Part shown: positions 40,428 to 51,556 of the stretch, one piece after another | How the letters are laid out: every line of letters starts with the position of its first letter | Numbering within the stretch: position 1 is the first letter of the stretch | NCBI GenBank assembly: GCA_023920165.1 | Contig: CP089281.1 | Span: forward strand, 1,922,001 to 1,986,000 | DNA from: Curvularia clavata | Taxonomy: Eukaryota | Length of the DNA stretch: 64,000 nucleotides | Reading direction: 5' to 3' | Made by a program: the position numbers and the translations under genes | Notes under the pieces: generated by a model | Told to the model about the DNA's origin: nothing | What the model saw: the letters and a program-made list of their open reading frames with translations, nothing else | The model's database searches: none

Positions 40428-43307
40428 TCAGTGGTCCGCATCGCAGGCGAGAAAGATCTTCTCGTATTTTTCAATCATTTCCATCTCTTCAGTCATGTCC
40501 ACATCGTTTCTCCTCTCTTCCAGTCCACGACGTAGCTCCTCTAGTATCTTCACCCATAGAACAACTCTAGAGTGCTGCTGACTTGGATCAGCACCAATTT
40601 CGAGAAGCATCTGAATTATTCGTAGTTGATCCGATTTACCATCTTTGGATGTCTGCTTCCAGATAGCTGGTATAGAATTGAGAAAGTCGATCCACAAAGC
40701 AGGCAATTCTACCGTCCTCCACGCATGTGTCCTCTCGTTCTTTGACGAATGTATGAGAAGCTGGACCATAGATGGATAGTATGTCCATTTGTTCGAGAGT
40801 AGGGAGGGATTCAGTGCAGACGCTAGTAATCTCGTGATGCTTGGGAGGGCACGCTTGCCCAAAGCTAATTTTCGAGTTATATATCCGCAAAGGCCGTTTC
40901 GTACCATGCATTCATAAAAGGATTGTTGTATATCGTTTACCGGGCTATTCTTGTCGAAGCTTACTACAACGCCTTCCATTTGCCATATGGAATTTAGCAT
41001 GAACAGGGTGCGTTCAAGCTCATCAAGTGTTTCGACTTCTGGTTTCTGGAAATGCGTCTCTATGGCTCGAGCGTAGTAAATCAGATCCTCAACCAGCCCG
41101 ATAAATCGTCTGATATAGCCAATGTCTTTCATTGGTAGAGCTTTTATCTGCCCCAGAATGGCTCGACACACTGCCGAAAGGGGTTGAAAGTTACAGTCAA
41201 TTCTGATCTTGATCATGTTCTGTATCTCCTTTGTGTTGAGAAAATCTCGAACTGTCCTGTGGAGGAACTCGACCTTGTAAACTACCAAGAGTTCGGAAAC
41301 TTCCATATTGTCGAGCCTAGTCGATGAATCCCAGAAGTCGTCGATGGTTCTGCGAAGAAGTTCGCGTTTGCTTTGGTCTTCGTCATAGTTGGTAATCTCA
41401 AGCAAACCATTGCAGCGGGCATTCAGACGTCGTTTCATTGTCCTAAGTCGATATAGGACTTCTCGCAGTCCTAAAGGCCTGATACCAGCATTGATTGCGA
41501 ACCTGGGGTCTTCTTCATCGAGGTAGGAGTAAGTCATCAAAGAAAGCGGCTCAGAGGCTTGGAGAGCTATGTCGAAGGTCTCCGCTGCGCGTTCAGAGTA
41601 AGTCTCGTCAGTTGTGTTCAGGATGTGCAGAAAGTAATCTTCCAATTTCGAAGGGAGTAAACGTATCCGCCGCTGCAACTCAGATATCCGGTCACAGTTG
41701 ACAAGACCTTGGAGGAGTGACCGTAGAATAAGAAAAACCCAGAGAAAAACTCCATCCGCCTTTTCTATGATTTCCTCCACAAGTGCATGGTACCGCGTGT
41801 CCATTTCTCTCAGAGACAAGAATTGCGCGCTGGACTCGAGTGTATCTCGAACGAATATCTCAATGTCAGGTCTTGTCAGCTCTTCGAGGAACAATCTATT
41901 GCCATAATTCTGTCCGAATATCTCTTGGAAGATGTTCCACGGTCGACTCGAAACGCAAATTTTGAAGTCCCCGGAGTTTGCAAGACCCTGTAGTATCTCG
42001 GCGAAATCTGCATGGTTTCCCTCGTATTCATCAAGGCCATCAACGAAGAGGCAGAACTTCGCGGGTATAGTAGCTTGCTGCTGGATAAGTCGGAATGCGT
42101 CTTTCAATTCCCACTGAAGCCATGGTGTAGCCTCTGAATCGTAAAAGCAGCGTTCCTCCCACCGCATCGGTGCCGCAATAGGAATCAATGTAGGACATTT
42201 CCGCAGGATTTCAAAGAGAAGGGATTGAAGGAGGCCCTCGACAGATTTCTGCATCTCTGTTCCAGCGTTCCAGAAGAAGAAGCTTGCTGTTATCAAATCT
42301 TTGTTTCCAGCCCATTTTTCTAATTTGGATATTGTCCGTGGGTTATCGTAAAGAAACTTAACAAGAGTGGATTTGCCAGAGCCTGCTTTGCCAGCAATCC
42401 AGTAGAGACCATTTCCAGATCGCAACCACTCAGCAAACTTGAATTCTGTACAAGAGTCGTCTGGAATCGTCCGAGAGGTATACGCCCATTCGAAGGTTCT
42501 TTTATGAGCATCCGGGATTTGAGCGTGCCGTACCTTCATAGACCTAAAGCACAAACTTTTCAAGATGCGGTGTTCGGTAGCTAGTAGAGTTCCTTTTGCA
42601 GCCAACTCAGACAAGGTAGATGCAACCACGCCGAGGTTCGAGGATGTATCATTCGCTTTGTTGCCAACATCGTCTAACGAACTTTTGATGTCTCCGAGCT
42701 TCTTGATCAGGGTAGTCTTCATATCAAATAGATCTTTTGAGCACTTCTCTCCTTGCACCACGTGATCTGAAAGCTCTATCAGCATTTTCACCACATTCGA
42801 CTGGTTGTGTCTAGGCGCAATGGTTAGAAATTGAAGCAGTAAAGGTAAGAAGGATACTTGCTTCAGAATTACCAGCAGTTGAAAGGTCATTCTTGTTTGA
42901 TACTGCTTCAGCTTCTCTTTAGCAAGGTTGATATCATTTTCATTCCAGGCGATTCTAATCGCTTGCAGGAAGCTCTCCCACTTGCTCCTTCGTTCATGGC
43001 CCTTGACTTTCGCCAGTAATTGGATGAGCTCGTCTGCAAGCTTTGTACAGTCTTTTGCCAACTCTAATAGCTCTTTCTCATCATCAGAGACATTGTCTGC
43101 AGCGGTGATACCTGTCATTGAAGATGAAAGATTATGCGTGAGGTGCTTGAGACTTTTCATGGCGGACTCAAGATCCGCATGGTCTTTAGAAAACCCATTA
43201 TCGGAGCGGTGCACCTCCCGCGCTTTGGAGAACAGTTTGCCGCTGAAGTCGATGAATTGCACGATATTGGCTGCTAATGACAATGCAGCGAAAGCTTCAA
43301 GGACCAT
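40428..43307 (-). CDS. Fungal STAND/NLR-like NACHT NTPase with SesA/HeLo-like N-terminal domain
   Basis: N-terminus EAFAALSLAANIVQFIDFSGKL; Walker A WIAGKAGSGKSTL; FFFWNAGTEMQKS; Walker B LFVDGLDE; SSRP; KADGVFLWV; FLHRTVRDFL; only degenerate ankyrin-like traces at the C-terminus (LLEIGADP). Confidence 0.92.
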   Translation of the reverse strand: MVLEAFAALSLAANIVQFIDFSGKLFSKAREVHRSDNGFSKDHADLESAMKSLKHLTHNLSSSMTGITAADNVSDDEKELLELAKDCTKLADELIQLLAKVKGHERRSKWESFLQAIRIAWNENDINLAKEKLKQYQTRMTFQLLVILKQVSFLPLLLQFLTIAPRHNQSNVVKMLIELSDHVVQGEKCSKDLFDMKTTLIKKLGDIKSSLDDVGNKANDTSSNLGVVASTLSELAAKGTLLATEHRILKSLCFRSMKVRHAQIPDAHKRTFEWAYTSRTIPDDSCTEFKFAEWLRSGNGLYWIAGKAGSGKSTLVKFLYDNPRTISKLEKWAGNKDLITASFFFWNAGTEMQKSVEGLLQSLLFEILRKCPTLIPIAAPMRWEERCFYDSEATPWLQWELKDAFRLIQQQATIPAKFCLFVDGLDEYEGNHADFAEILQGLANSGDFKICVSSRPWNIFQEIFGQNYGNRLFLEELTRPDIEIFVRDTLESSAQFLSLREMDTRYHALVEEIIEKADGVFLWVFLILRSLLQGLVNCDRISELQRRIRLLPSKLEDYFLHILNTTDETYSERAAETFDIALQASEPLSLMTYSYLDEEDPRFAINAGIRPLGLREVLYRLRTMKRRLNARCNGLLEITNYDEDQSKRELLRRTIDDFWDSSTRLDNMEVSELLVVYKVEFLHRTVRDFLNTKEIQNMIKIRIDCNFQPLSAVCRAILGQIKALPMKDIGYIRRFIGLVEDLIYYARAIETHFQKPEVETLDELERTLFMLNSIWQMEGVVVSFDKNSPVNDIQQSFYECMVRNGLCGYITRKLALGKRALPSITRLLASALNPSLLSNKWTYYPSMVQLLIHSSKNERTHAWRTVELPALWIDFLNSIPAIWKQTSKDGKSDQLRIIQMLLEIGADPSQQHSRVVLWVKILEELRRGLEERRNDVDMTEEMEMIEKYEKIFLACDADH

Positions 43308-43923
43308 ATCGGCTTCGCATCAATAAGCGCTAAGACAGGAATGAAAGATATGATTTTCAGGACCGCGTAGCTCATAAAGTTAGGGCAGAAGATTAGAATG
43401 GTGAATGTTGAGCAGTTGTGTCTTCATTACGAACCGGTGAGCCGTCTATAATCACCCCCGCATCAGGCTGCAGGTTGTGGCTTTGCCAACACGTCAGTCA
43501 TGCGCCTATCAATCTGCCTCGCAGAACGCCCTGGGCTGGATCTTCGCGCTCTATTTCTATTTGAAAATGCCCATTTATCAGGCGAAGAAGTTACGATTTC
43601 GGGTACGGATAGTGTCCTTCATCTTGCGGCCGGTCATACAAATGAAGCTGCTCTTGCCTAATCTGGGCTCGTCGCATGGGCGAAGCACTTACTTTCAACA
43701 TCTGCGCAGAACCATATCGGGCACGCCACTCTGTGTTGGGAATTTTCAAGGATAGGAATACGATAGCTAATAGAAAGTCTCTACATTAGTTCCAAAAGAA
43801 AGCGCCAGTAGATCCGCTGGCAATACGCTAATCTGATAGAAAGTCTATCTTGGTGAAGAGGTTTTCTTGATAAACTCAAATTCAGAGCTCTAGATCGATT
43901 AAATTGATTGTAAGCAAGTCTGC

Positions 43924-44652
43924 TCATCGAGCATTGGCGTCGTACAGTGAGCAACTCCTGTCACGCCAGTGATTGTTGCAAGTTGCACATCCATAGTCGG
44001 TCAAGCCGCTGTTGTCACCGCCACATCTACAACAAATCCATCTCCATATCGGCGGAAGTTGTGGCCGCTGGCGGCGAGCAGGATTTGTACTTTCTAAGGA
44101 CTCTTCTAGAGCCTTGAGGGAAACTGCGCAATCATAGAACAACTGTTCAAGTCGACCGTATGAGATCCCTTTAATTTGGGGTTCCAGATACATCCATGCC
44201 GCTTCATGGCGAAGCTGGTTCCTTTGTTTTCGAACATTCCAACAGGCTTCCTCATCGATTCTGTACCGGAGACGGAGTTCGATGTTGTCAAGGTATTCGA
44301 AGAACTCGTGCCCAATTACGTTTCGAATTCGCTCACTACAGGAACGAATGGAATCCTGGGTCAGAGGAAGTCTCTTAGGAAACATGGGTTCTCGATAAGC
44401 TTGTTCCCGGATCAACTGGGACATCCAAGTAACAAGCTTGCCCAGCTCTTCTATCAAAGAACATAGCGATTGTGAATTCGATTCGGCCTGAAAATCCACT
44501 CGAGTAAAATTTGCAAGGTCAGGGTTGAAGCCTAATTCAGAGGCGATGCTCTTTAGTGAAGATCGTAACCTAAATTGCCCAGATTGGTTCGTTTTGGCGA
44601 TTTCTGTTCTGAGGTTTTCGCTGATCTCAGTGTTCTTTGTGATTCGGGTCAT
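43924..44652 (-). CDS. Hypothetical protein with C-terminal Cys/His zinc-ribbon-like motif; 5' part possibly eroded
   Basis: 242-aa ORF ending WRWICCRCGGDNSGLTDYGCATCNNHWRDRSCSLY. The frame continues upstream past a single TAG at 44685-44683. Confidence 0.55.
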   Translation of the reverse strand: MTRITKNTEISENLRTEIAKTNQSGQFRLRSSLKSIASELGFNPDLANFTRVDFQAESNSQSLCSLIEELGKLVTWMSQLIREQAYREPMFPKRLPLTQDSIRSCSERIRNVIGHEFFEYLDNIELRLRYRIDEEACWNVRKQRNQLRHEAAWMYLEPQIKGISYGRLEQLFYDCAVSLKALEESLESTNPARRQRPQLPPIWRWICCRCGGDNSGLTDYGCATCNNHWRDRSCSLYDANAR

Positions 44653-45447
44653 GTACCAAGAAACACGGAAGAGTAGAAGAAGCTACATGTGCCACCGAAT
44701 CTTGTAATCTCCGTACCTCGTGTCTGTCTCGGTGTTTACCCCAATCTCGGCAATGTAAAATATCCTAGTACTGAGACGGACGCGGACTTATAATATGCTT
44801 TTGACTCCTCCCCGCATGCATGCCTACTAACCCACCGTAAAATAGCCTTACTACTACAAAGATGTATAAGAAAAAAGAGCTTTTTGTAATCAGGCATAAG
44901 CGGTTGGACGCACTCAAGGGGAAAAGTATGTATGATCGACAGAGAAGAATGGTGGGATACTTTCTAGTTATGAATGCATGGTATGGAATCAATGACAGAG
45001 AGTCAGTCTTTTAGTTTCATCTATTGTTGCTATGCTGATATCTTGAAGTCTCTCGGTAATCTATGCAGTAATACGGACGGTGGGTCTAAGATGCAGCATG
45101 CCCGGCCCACACGGATGGCTTAGTGTCCATCAGGGTATTTTGCCGGCGGCGCCTCCCGAAAAAGCCCGTATTTGGGCACGTGTAGTCAATGGCGGATAAA
45201 TTGCAGCCGCGTCTTGTACCATATTCTTCGGGTTTCGTGTCGGTGAGAAGCCGACGGGAGCTAAGGAAGATGTGTTGTTAGCGCAAGAATGTGGGACCAG
45301 TTATGCGTGGTGTGGATTCGGTATTAGATGCGATACATGTCCAAATGGTCAAACACCTGAAATATCCTGCCGGGTAGTCTTCTTTTACCCAACGCCAGAA
45401 CGCCCAGCCATGCTTGTCTAGAAGTGCATATCTAGAGTGTATACAGC

Positions 45448-47082
45448 TCATTTTCTTCGTCTTGCATTGCCCTCTGTAGTCTTGTGCCCATGCTCATGCT
45501 CATGCTCGTGCTCGTGCTCGTGTTCATGGTCGTGATCATGCTTTGTTTCTGATGCTGGGTCTAGCGCCGCAGTGGTGTCGCCTGGTATAAACTCATCCAA
45601 AAAGTCTGGCTCCTTGGTCGTATTGCTCACGAACCGCACGCGAACCTTCTTCACTCCCCGGACTTGAGTGCCCACCTGCTCTCGAACCATGTCCTCGACG
45701 CGGCGTGTCTGGTCGACGGTCCATGCGCCAGCTACGCCAAGCTCGACATCCATGAGGTAGTTTTGGCCAGCCTTGACACCTTGGACTGCGCGGACATTGA
45801 CTGGCTCGGCCGTTGTTGTGATTTCCCGGACAGCCTTGATTGCAGCCTCGCGAACATTGTCCTTCATCTCCTGGTCTACGCCCACATCTGCCAATTCCAA
45901 CAAAGCTTGTTTAGTGTTGCCCCATCCTGCCTGAACGACCATGAGAGAAATGACCAGACCGCCGACAGGGTCGAGCCATTGAGCATTGTTGAAAACGTTT
46001 GAGCCGGCGATTAAGAGGAGAGCGACAAAAGCAGTAAGCGAGTCTACGCGATGGTGGTAGGCGTTGGAAGCAAGGACCGTGGATTTGCGCTCTTGAGCAA
46101 TCTTTAGCGCTGCAGAGAATGTTAGCAAATTAACCCAGGGCTGCTGCTACAGGTATTGCTTACTGGCTCGGTACAGCCACTCCTTGATGACGATTGAACC
46201 CGCAGCGAGCCATATGGCATTGATGTTGGGTCCTAGGTCCTCGATGCCGTGATGATGATGGTGATGTGGTAAGAGGCCCCATTGTTCAGCCACTTCGGCA
46301 GCGCCAGGGAAGAATTGCTGACAGAGGGCGATGAGAGCGGTCCAGCCCATGAAGAAGCCTCCACCGAGCAGGATGCCGCTGACACCCAGCGAGCCTAAGC
46401 TCTCGACCTTGCCGTATCCGCTGGGGAAGCGGTCAGTGGGGGGTTTGAGGGACCAGCCGACGGTTGCGAGCGTCATGATGTCGCTGACGAGATCGGTGAG
46501 ACTGTGAATGGCGTCGGCCACGAGAGCTGGGACGTGTTAGGGTATGCCACGCCGACTGTGTATAAGGGGCGGCTGCTCACCTTGGCTGTTGAAGACATAG
46601 CCGCCAAAGCCCTTGCTGACGGCCATGCCCAGGTTGACGTAGAGGCCGACTCTAGTGATGCGCACGCCGGCGTCATGCTTATTCTTGGACAGCAGGAAGG
46701 AATTGTCGTGGTGGTGATGGTGGTGGTGGTGGAGGTGGGAGTGGCCAGCGTGTCCTCTGGAGTGGGAAGGTGTCGTCATGGCGGAAGGGGAGAGGTGGAA
46801 GGTGCGATGGAGGGTGAAGGACGCAGGGGGCTTGGGGAGTAATAGGGCGGAAGCACAGGTCGTCTTTGTCTGGGTGCAGTGGACACGCGAGGCCTGGGGA
46901 CCCAGCGGCTTGTACGCGTAACGGAGAAGGGCGCGCGGTCGCAGTCGCAGTCGCACTGAGGCGTGCGTCGAGTAATACTGGAGGGGAGCACTATGCATGG
47001 CTTGGGTCGAGGACCAGACGGCGCGTCGCTGGCTAAAGACACGCATGCCATGTCCATTGCTGCCGACGGTGCGCAGTAACAT
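45448..47082 (-). CDS. MMT2: Mitochondrial cation diffusion facilitator (Mmt1/Mmt2-like metal transporter)
   Basis: Arg-rich presequence, His tract, GVRITRVGLYVNLGMA, ALVADAIHSLTDLVSD, FPSGYGKVESLG, KEWLYRA, SNAYHHRVDSLT, WLDPVGG; two introns. Confidence 0.92.
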
Positions 47083-47603
47083 GAGGCGAGGTGGCCGCTG
47101 CTGCGCCTCGTGCTGGTGCCGATGCGACTGCGGATGCGCTCTCGACGAGATTATCGAGTAGTCTTCTTCTGCGGTTGCGGTCGGCTGTACAGGCCTTGTC
47201 TTGTCCATCACCACCACGCCTTTTGCGTCAACGGCCGCAATTGTGGGGCGCCCTCGCTGCCGGGCATTCGTCTCAAGACACCACATTCAATCCACATGGC
47301 CACCATGGCCCCTTCTACCGACGCGTCCGCGCTGACATGTACATAATTTGGCCCATTGGCTTCTGTCTCGTGGCGAGCCATCACATAGAATGGATGCAGC
47401 ATGGACCCCGGAACCTTTTTTTTAACTTTACTTTGCCGACGTTCCACCAACACGTTTTGACATGGTAGGCAATATATGGACATACTAGTACGCACGTACA
47501 TCTCTGGATTTGCGACATATATATAGGTACATACGTACATGTGTACGCGCACGTCATGTTTGACACGACTCGCCAGGCTGCTTGCCTGTCTTCCTCCAAA
47601 GCT

Positions 47604-48786
47604 TCACAGCCTTGGCTTTGCGCCATCCACGCCAGCCGGGTCCGTGCACCGAGCCAGGATCCAGTTCACCACATCATCTCGGAAGGCTTCCTTGTCGGGA
47701 CTCGGCTCGTCGTGTACTGAATCTGTTAGTCTGCAGTCTTCGCCTCCAAGTGCATACGTACGGCGGTGGTAATGTCCGGCATAGGACTTGAACTCCTTGT
47801 CCTTGACTTGCAAGGCGTCGAACAGCCGCTTCGACGCTGCGTAGCTGGTGATGCCGTCCTTGTCCCCATGGGCAATCCAGATTCTCGTCACGCCACCCTC
47901 TCCAGCGTTGTCGGGGATGATGACCTTTCCGCTCGCAAGAGCACTGGTTCGGTCCAGCATGCCCGCGAGGCCCTCGAGCGTGCCTGTGTTGTGGCAGAGC
48001 GTGTCCTCCTCAAATCGCTTGCCAACTTCTGGGTCACGTGCGAGCAGCATTGGGTCCAGCTTGTTGACCAACTGGCGCTTCTTGGCCAGCTTTCCGGCCA
48101 GTCTCCCCAAGAAAACAGTGACGGCAGACGGCTTGGACTTGGGGTCAAAATCCACAAAGGGCGACTCGAGAAGATAGCCGCGAATGTGCTCGCGGACTTC
48201 GGCCGGACCATGGGCGGCGTAGCACAGCGTTTGGCCTCCGCCCATCGAGTGGCCCATGAGAAAAAGGGGCGCTGGGCTCGGAGTGCTGATTACTGTCTTG
48301 AGGAACGAAGTCATGTCGTCGAGCACCTGCTCCGTCGGTCCCGTGTCGCCTCGCTCAGATGGCTTCGACACTGAGCGGCCCCATCCTCTGCATCGACTGT
48401 GAGCCAAGTATTGGAAAAAATGGTGTCGACGCGTACGCACCGCTGGTCAAAGGTATAGACCTCGATGCCTTTGGCAGCTAGCCCTGGAAAGAAGTCGCCA
48501 TATGTGTGGACTGTAGGCCCGTGTCAGGCGTTGGAATATGTATCAATAGGCCCGGATACCCTCACCGTGCTACGCGTCGGTCAATACTGCTGCCAATGTT
48601 ATACACCAGGGTAGCCATACATCAGAGAAGCCGTGAATGAAGACAAGCCGCGCTTTTGGGGGACCGTCGGTCTGTTGAATAGATTAATGCCGATCATTGC
48701 GGTTGCTGGCTCCACCGTACTCTAAATGTCTTTGTGAACAGCTGCTTGCCGTCGGCGAGGCTATGGGTGCCTTCTTGGACAGACAT
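47604..48786 (-). CDS. Monoglyceride lipase / Yju3-like alpha/beta hydrolase
   Basis: LVFIHGFSD|H(V)|HTYGDFF...FDQR|GWGRS, GHSMGG nucleophile elbow, HGDKDGITS, YHR|LHDEP; includes a 4-nt micro-exon. Confidence 0.9.
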
Positions 48787-49283
48787 GGCGGTTGTAGGCG
48801 GGCGGAGTCGGGGCAAAAAGGCAAGGCAGCGAGGCCAATGATGGATTTGTAGTTGGGATCTGCGAAAAAGAAGCCGTCTCTATTGCACGAGCTGGGCGAT
48901 CGCTAGCATTTGCGGTCGCGCTGCGTTGCTGTCAGGATCCAAAAGTCAGCCGCTGCGCCCGAATGCGTCATAGCTTCCTTTTCGGTGCACCAGCCACTCA
49001 AGGGCATTGGCACCATAATACAGAGAGACTTTGTGAAAAAGGTCAAAGCCATGGCAATGCACCGCGCCATGGCCCAGCATGTATGAAAGCCCATGCACAC
49101 TACCAAGTACAAGTACCTATACATAGGTGCAGACCCGGCAATGCCCAAGGGGGGACAGGCTGCTAGGCTCAACGGCTGCCGTCCAAGCTCCCGCCGGACG
49201 GATCATCCTGCATACGCATTGGACCCCTCTTGCTGCATGTCCCCACCTACATTTTCCTCGTGCTAAGATACTTTCTCCCGGTT

Positions 49284-50448
49284 ATGAACTGCCTTGGCCG
49301 CCGTCTCCTGTCTCCTCATACCTGCCCTCGCCCTCGCCCTCGCCCTCGACTTCTCACTCGGCCGAGAAGCATGCTGGGCAGCATGCCTCAAACACGCTCT
49401 GCCAAAGCCATCCTCAGCCACCAAGAGCGCACCGCCCATGAGCCCCGCGAGAATGACGTGCACACGGCCACGCTCGCCAAAGTGACGCCTGTCAACGACC
49501 GTATCAAGCGCTTCAAATTCGAAATAAAGGACAAGAACGGCTTCAACGTATGACGGAATCCATCTCGCCCGCAACCTGCGCTGATGGATAAGTCAGTTCC
49601 TCCCTGGCCAATGGCTCGACGTCTTTGTGCCAGACGTAGAAAAGGCGGGCGGCTTCTCCATCACGTCATCGCCCTCTGAAGCCCTGCCGCGAGCCGACCC
49701 GGACCACACGCCCTACTTTGAGCTGGCCGTGCAAAAGAGCCCAGACAACCCGCCAGCCGCATGGCTGTGGCAGCCCGCCGAGGACATTATTGGCAACGAC
49801 GTCAAAGTCCGCGTCGGCGGGAGCTTTGTCTGGCCGCCACCGGGCCTTGACATGAAGAAGATTAAGCGCGCCATCTTCATTGCTGGCGGAGTGGGCATCA
49901 AGTAAGTCGGCCACCCTCGTCCTGTCCTGGCTCTACATGTGTCTTCGGCGACTAATTCTCGGCATAAAAGCCCTCTAATGTCCATGATGACCTACATAAA
50001 CCAGAATTACCCCAACCTCGAAGTGCGCTTCTTATACTCGACAAAGGTGCCATCGCGCGAAACCGATCCTAGCGAAGTCCTCTTCCTCCAGGATGTGCTC
50101 GACCTGTTTCGCATACCGCGATTCAAGGTGACCAAGGACCGTCTCGAGCTCTTCTTCACAGGAACATGGGACGGATCGGAAATGGGCACAAACGAGGTCG
50201 ACCTCATCCACCCGCTCATGTCGCTGACGCTGCCGCAAATCGACTCGGCTACCGAGGTGCCCGTGTGTGCATGGACGCATCGCATCGACGACATTGCTTT
50301 GTCGAGCGCAGTGGGCAACCGCAAAGAGGCGCAATCCACCGTCTTCTATGTGTGCGGGCCGCCTGCCATGGCCGACGACATGGTCGAATTTATCAAGGCA
50401 CAGGACAATGTGGATCCACAGAGAGTGTTGTGTGAAAAGTGGTGGTGA
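49284..50448 (+). CDS. FAD/NAD-binding oxidoreductase (FNR-like, OXNAD1-type)
   Basis: F|FLPGQWLDVFVP...AGGFSITSSP, ELAVQKSPDNPPAAWLW, VRVGGSFVWPP, FIAGGVGI.PLMSM, YVCGPPAM, CEKWW*; two introns; start uncertain. Confidence 0.9.
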
Positions 50449-50935
50449 CGTGGTGATGAGGGAACAGAATGCACCAAAGCTTCTTTGCATACATGAATAG
50501 GGGGTGGGCAAGGCGATCAGGACTTGGACTGGGACTGGGATTTGAATTCGATATGCAGTCGTTCGGTTGCTACGACAAGCGACATTGTATGTACGATGCC
50601 CCCCAAAGGGACCGTAATTCCGTGGGCATAATATGTAGGATAGTTTGACAGTATAGAATCGATGATGTTGACAGTTGAATCCTATAAATCTTTTCTACTC
50701 CACCATTTTTGCAACAATCTCAGACAACCGCACCAACAACCGCCTTCACCCATCTCCTCCGAACCCAGATCCAAGATGGAAGTATAGCCCCCATAGCTGG
50801 TGAAATACAAACCCACTCTAGTTTCAAAAGCAACTGTAGTTGTCGCAGTTACCTTTTACCGTATTAACGGCGTAGGTGAACTTGTTTTGATTTACCGGTT
50901 TCACTAGTTGTGGGAGAGACTAGCCTGTACAACTC

Positions 50936-51556
50936 CTAGTTGCCAGTCGCCTTAAAGCAGACAGCTGCGCCAGACAAAAATCCGGCAAATGGTGTAGAAA
51001 CGCATTGGATAAGTGTCAAAGCAATTGGTGTGTAGGCGATTTCTCCTCCAGGAATAGCAGAAGCCGCCGCAACCGCTGCATAAGCAGCGTTTGCGCATCC
51101 AGCCATAGCACCAATCGCTAGACTGCCAGCGGCGCCAACGCAGAACGAACAGGTAATTGATTTAATGCATCCGGCTGCCCCCTGGTCCGCGGCCTCATCG
51201 CTCTTCACCTGATTGTCATATTTTGCCACCACATCCTGGATATCTGCACGTGCGATGGCCCGGGTCGTGTCTGCTCGTTTCACCAAAGGTCCCGATCTCT
51301 CAACTAGTACCGTGTTCAGGAGAGAAAACATGCGATGTTTGGCAGTAGCGTCCCATGTTGCGACCTGTTCAGTAGTCTGGTTGAGGAAAGTAGCCCATTT
51401 CGTAGCGTCAATGGTTGTGAAATCCGTCGCGTTCATGAGTTCGGCAACGGCAGTTGGATGCACACCAGGGAGTTCGGGAACCGTCTACAGTGCAGCTTTG
51501 GCAGCGGCGAGCTGAGCGCCAAAGGAAAAGAGGATAGACAAGGTTGAGAAACGCAT
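50936..51556 (-). pseudogene. Secreted Cys-containing pre-pro-protein with premature TAG at codon 24
   Basis: MRFSTLSILFSFGAQLAAAKAAL*TVPELPGVHPT... continues in frame into the 175-aa ORF. LVKR Kex2-like site; Ala/Gly-rich C-terminal part with 6 Cys. Confidence 0.7.

Noticed and set aside
34833..43307. Amyloid signalling motif pair (HET-s, sigma or PP type) linking the NACHT and hydrolase genes
   Set aside because: No G/N/Q-rich pseudo-repeat was seen at the NACHT N-terminus or the hydrolase C-terminus.
34600..45300. Starship or other large mobile element carrying the NLR block
   Set aside because: No tyrosine-recombinase captain, transposase, terminal repeats or target-site duplication could be found by eye.
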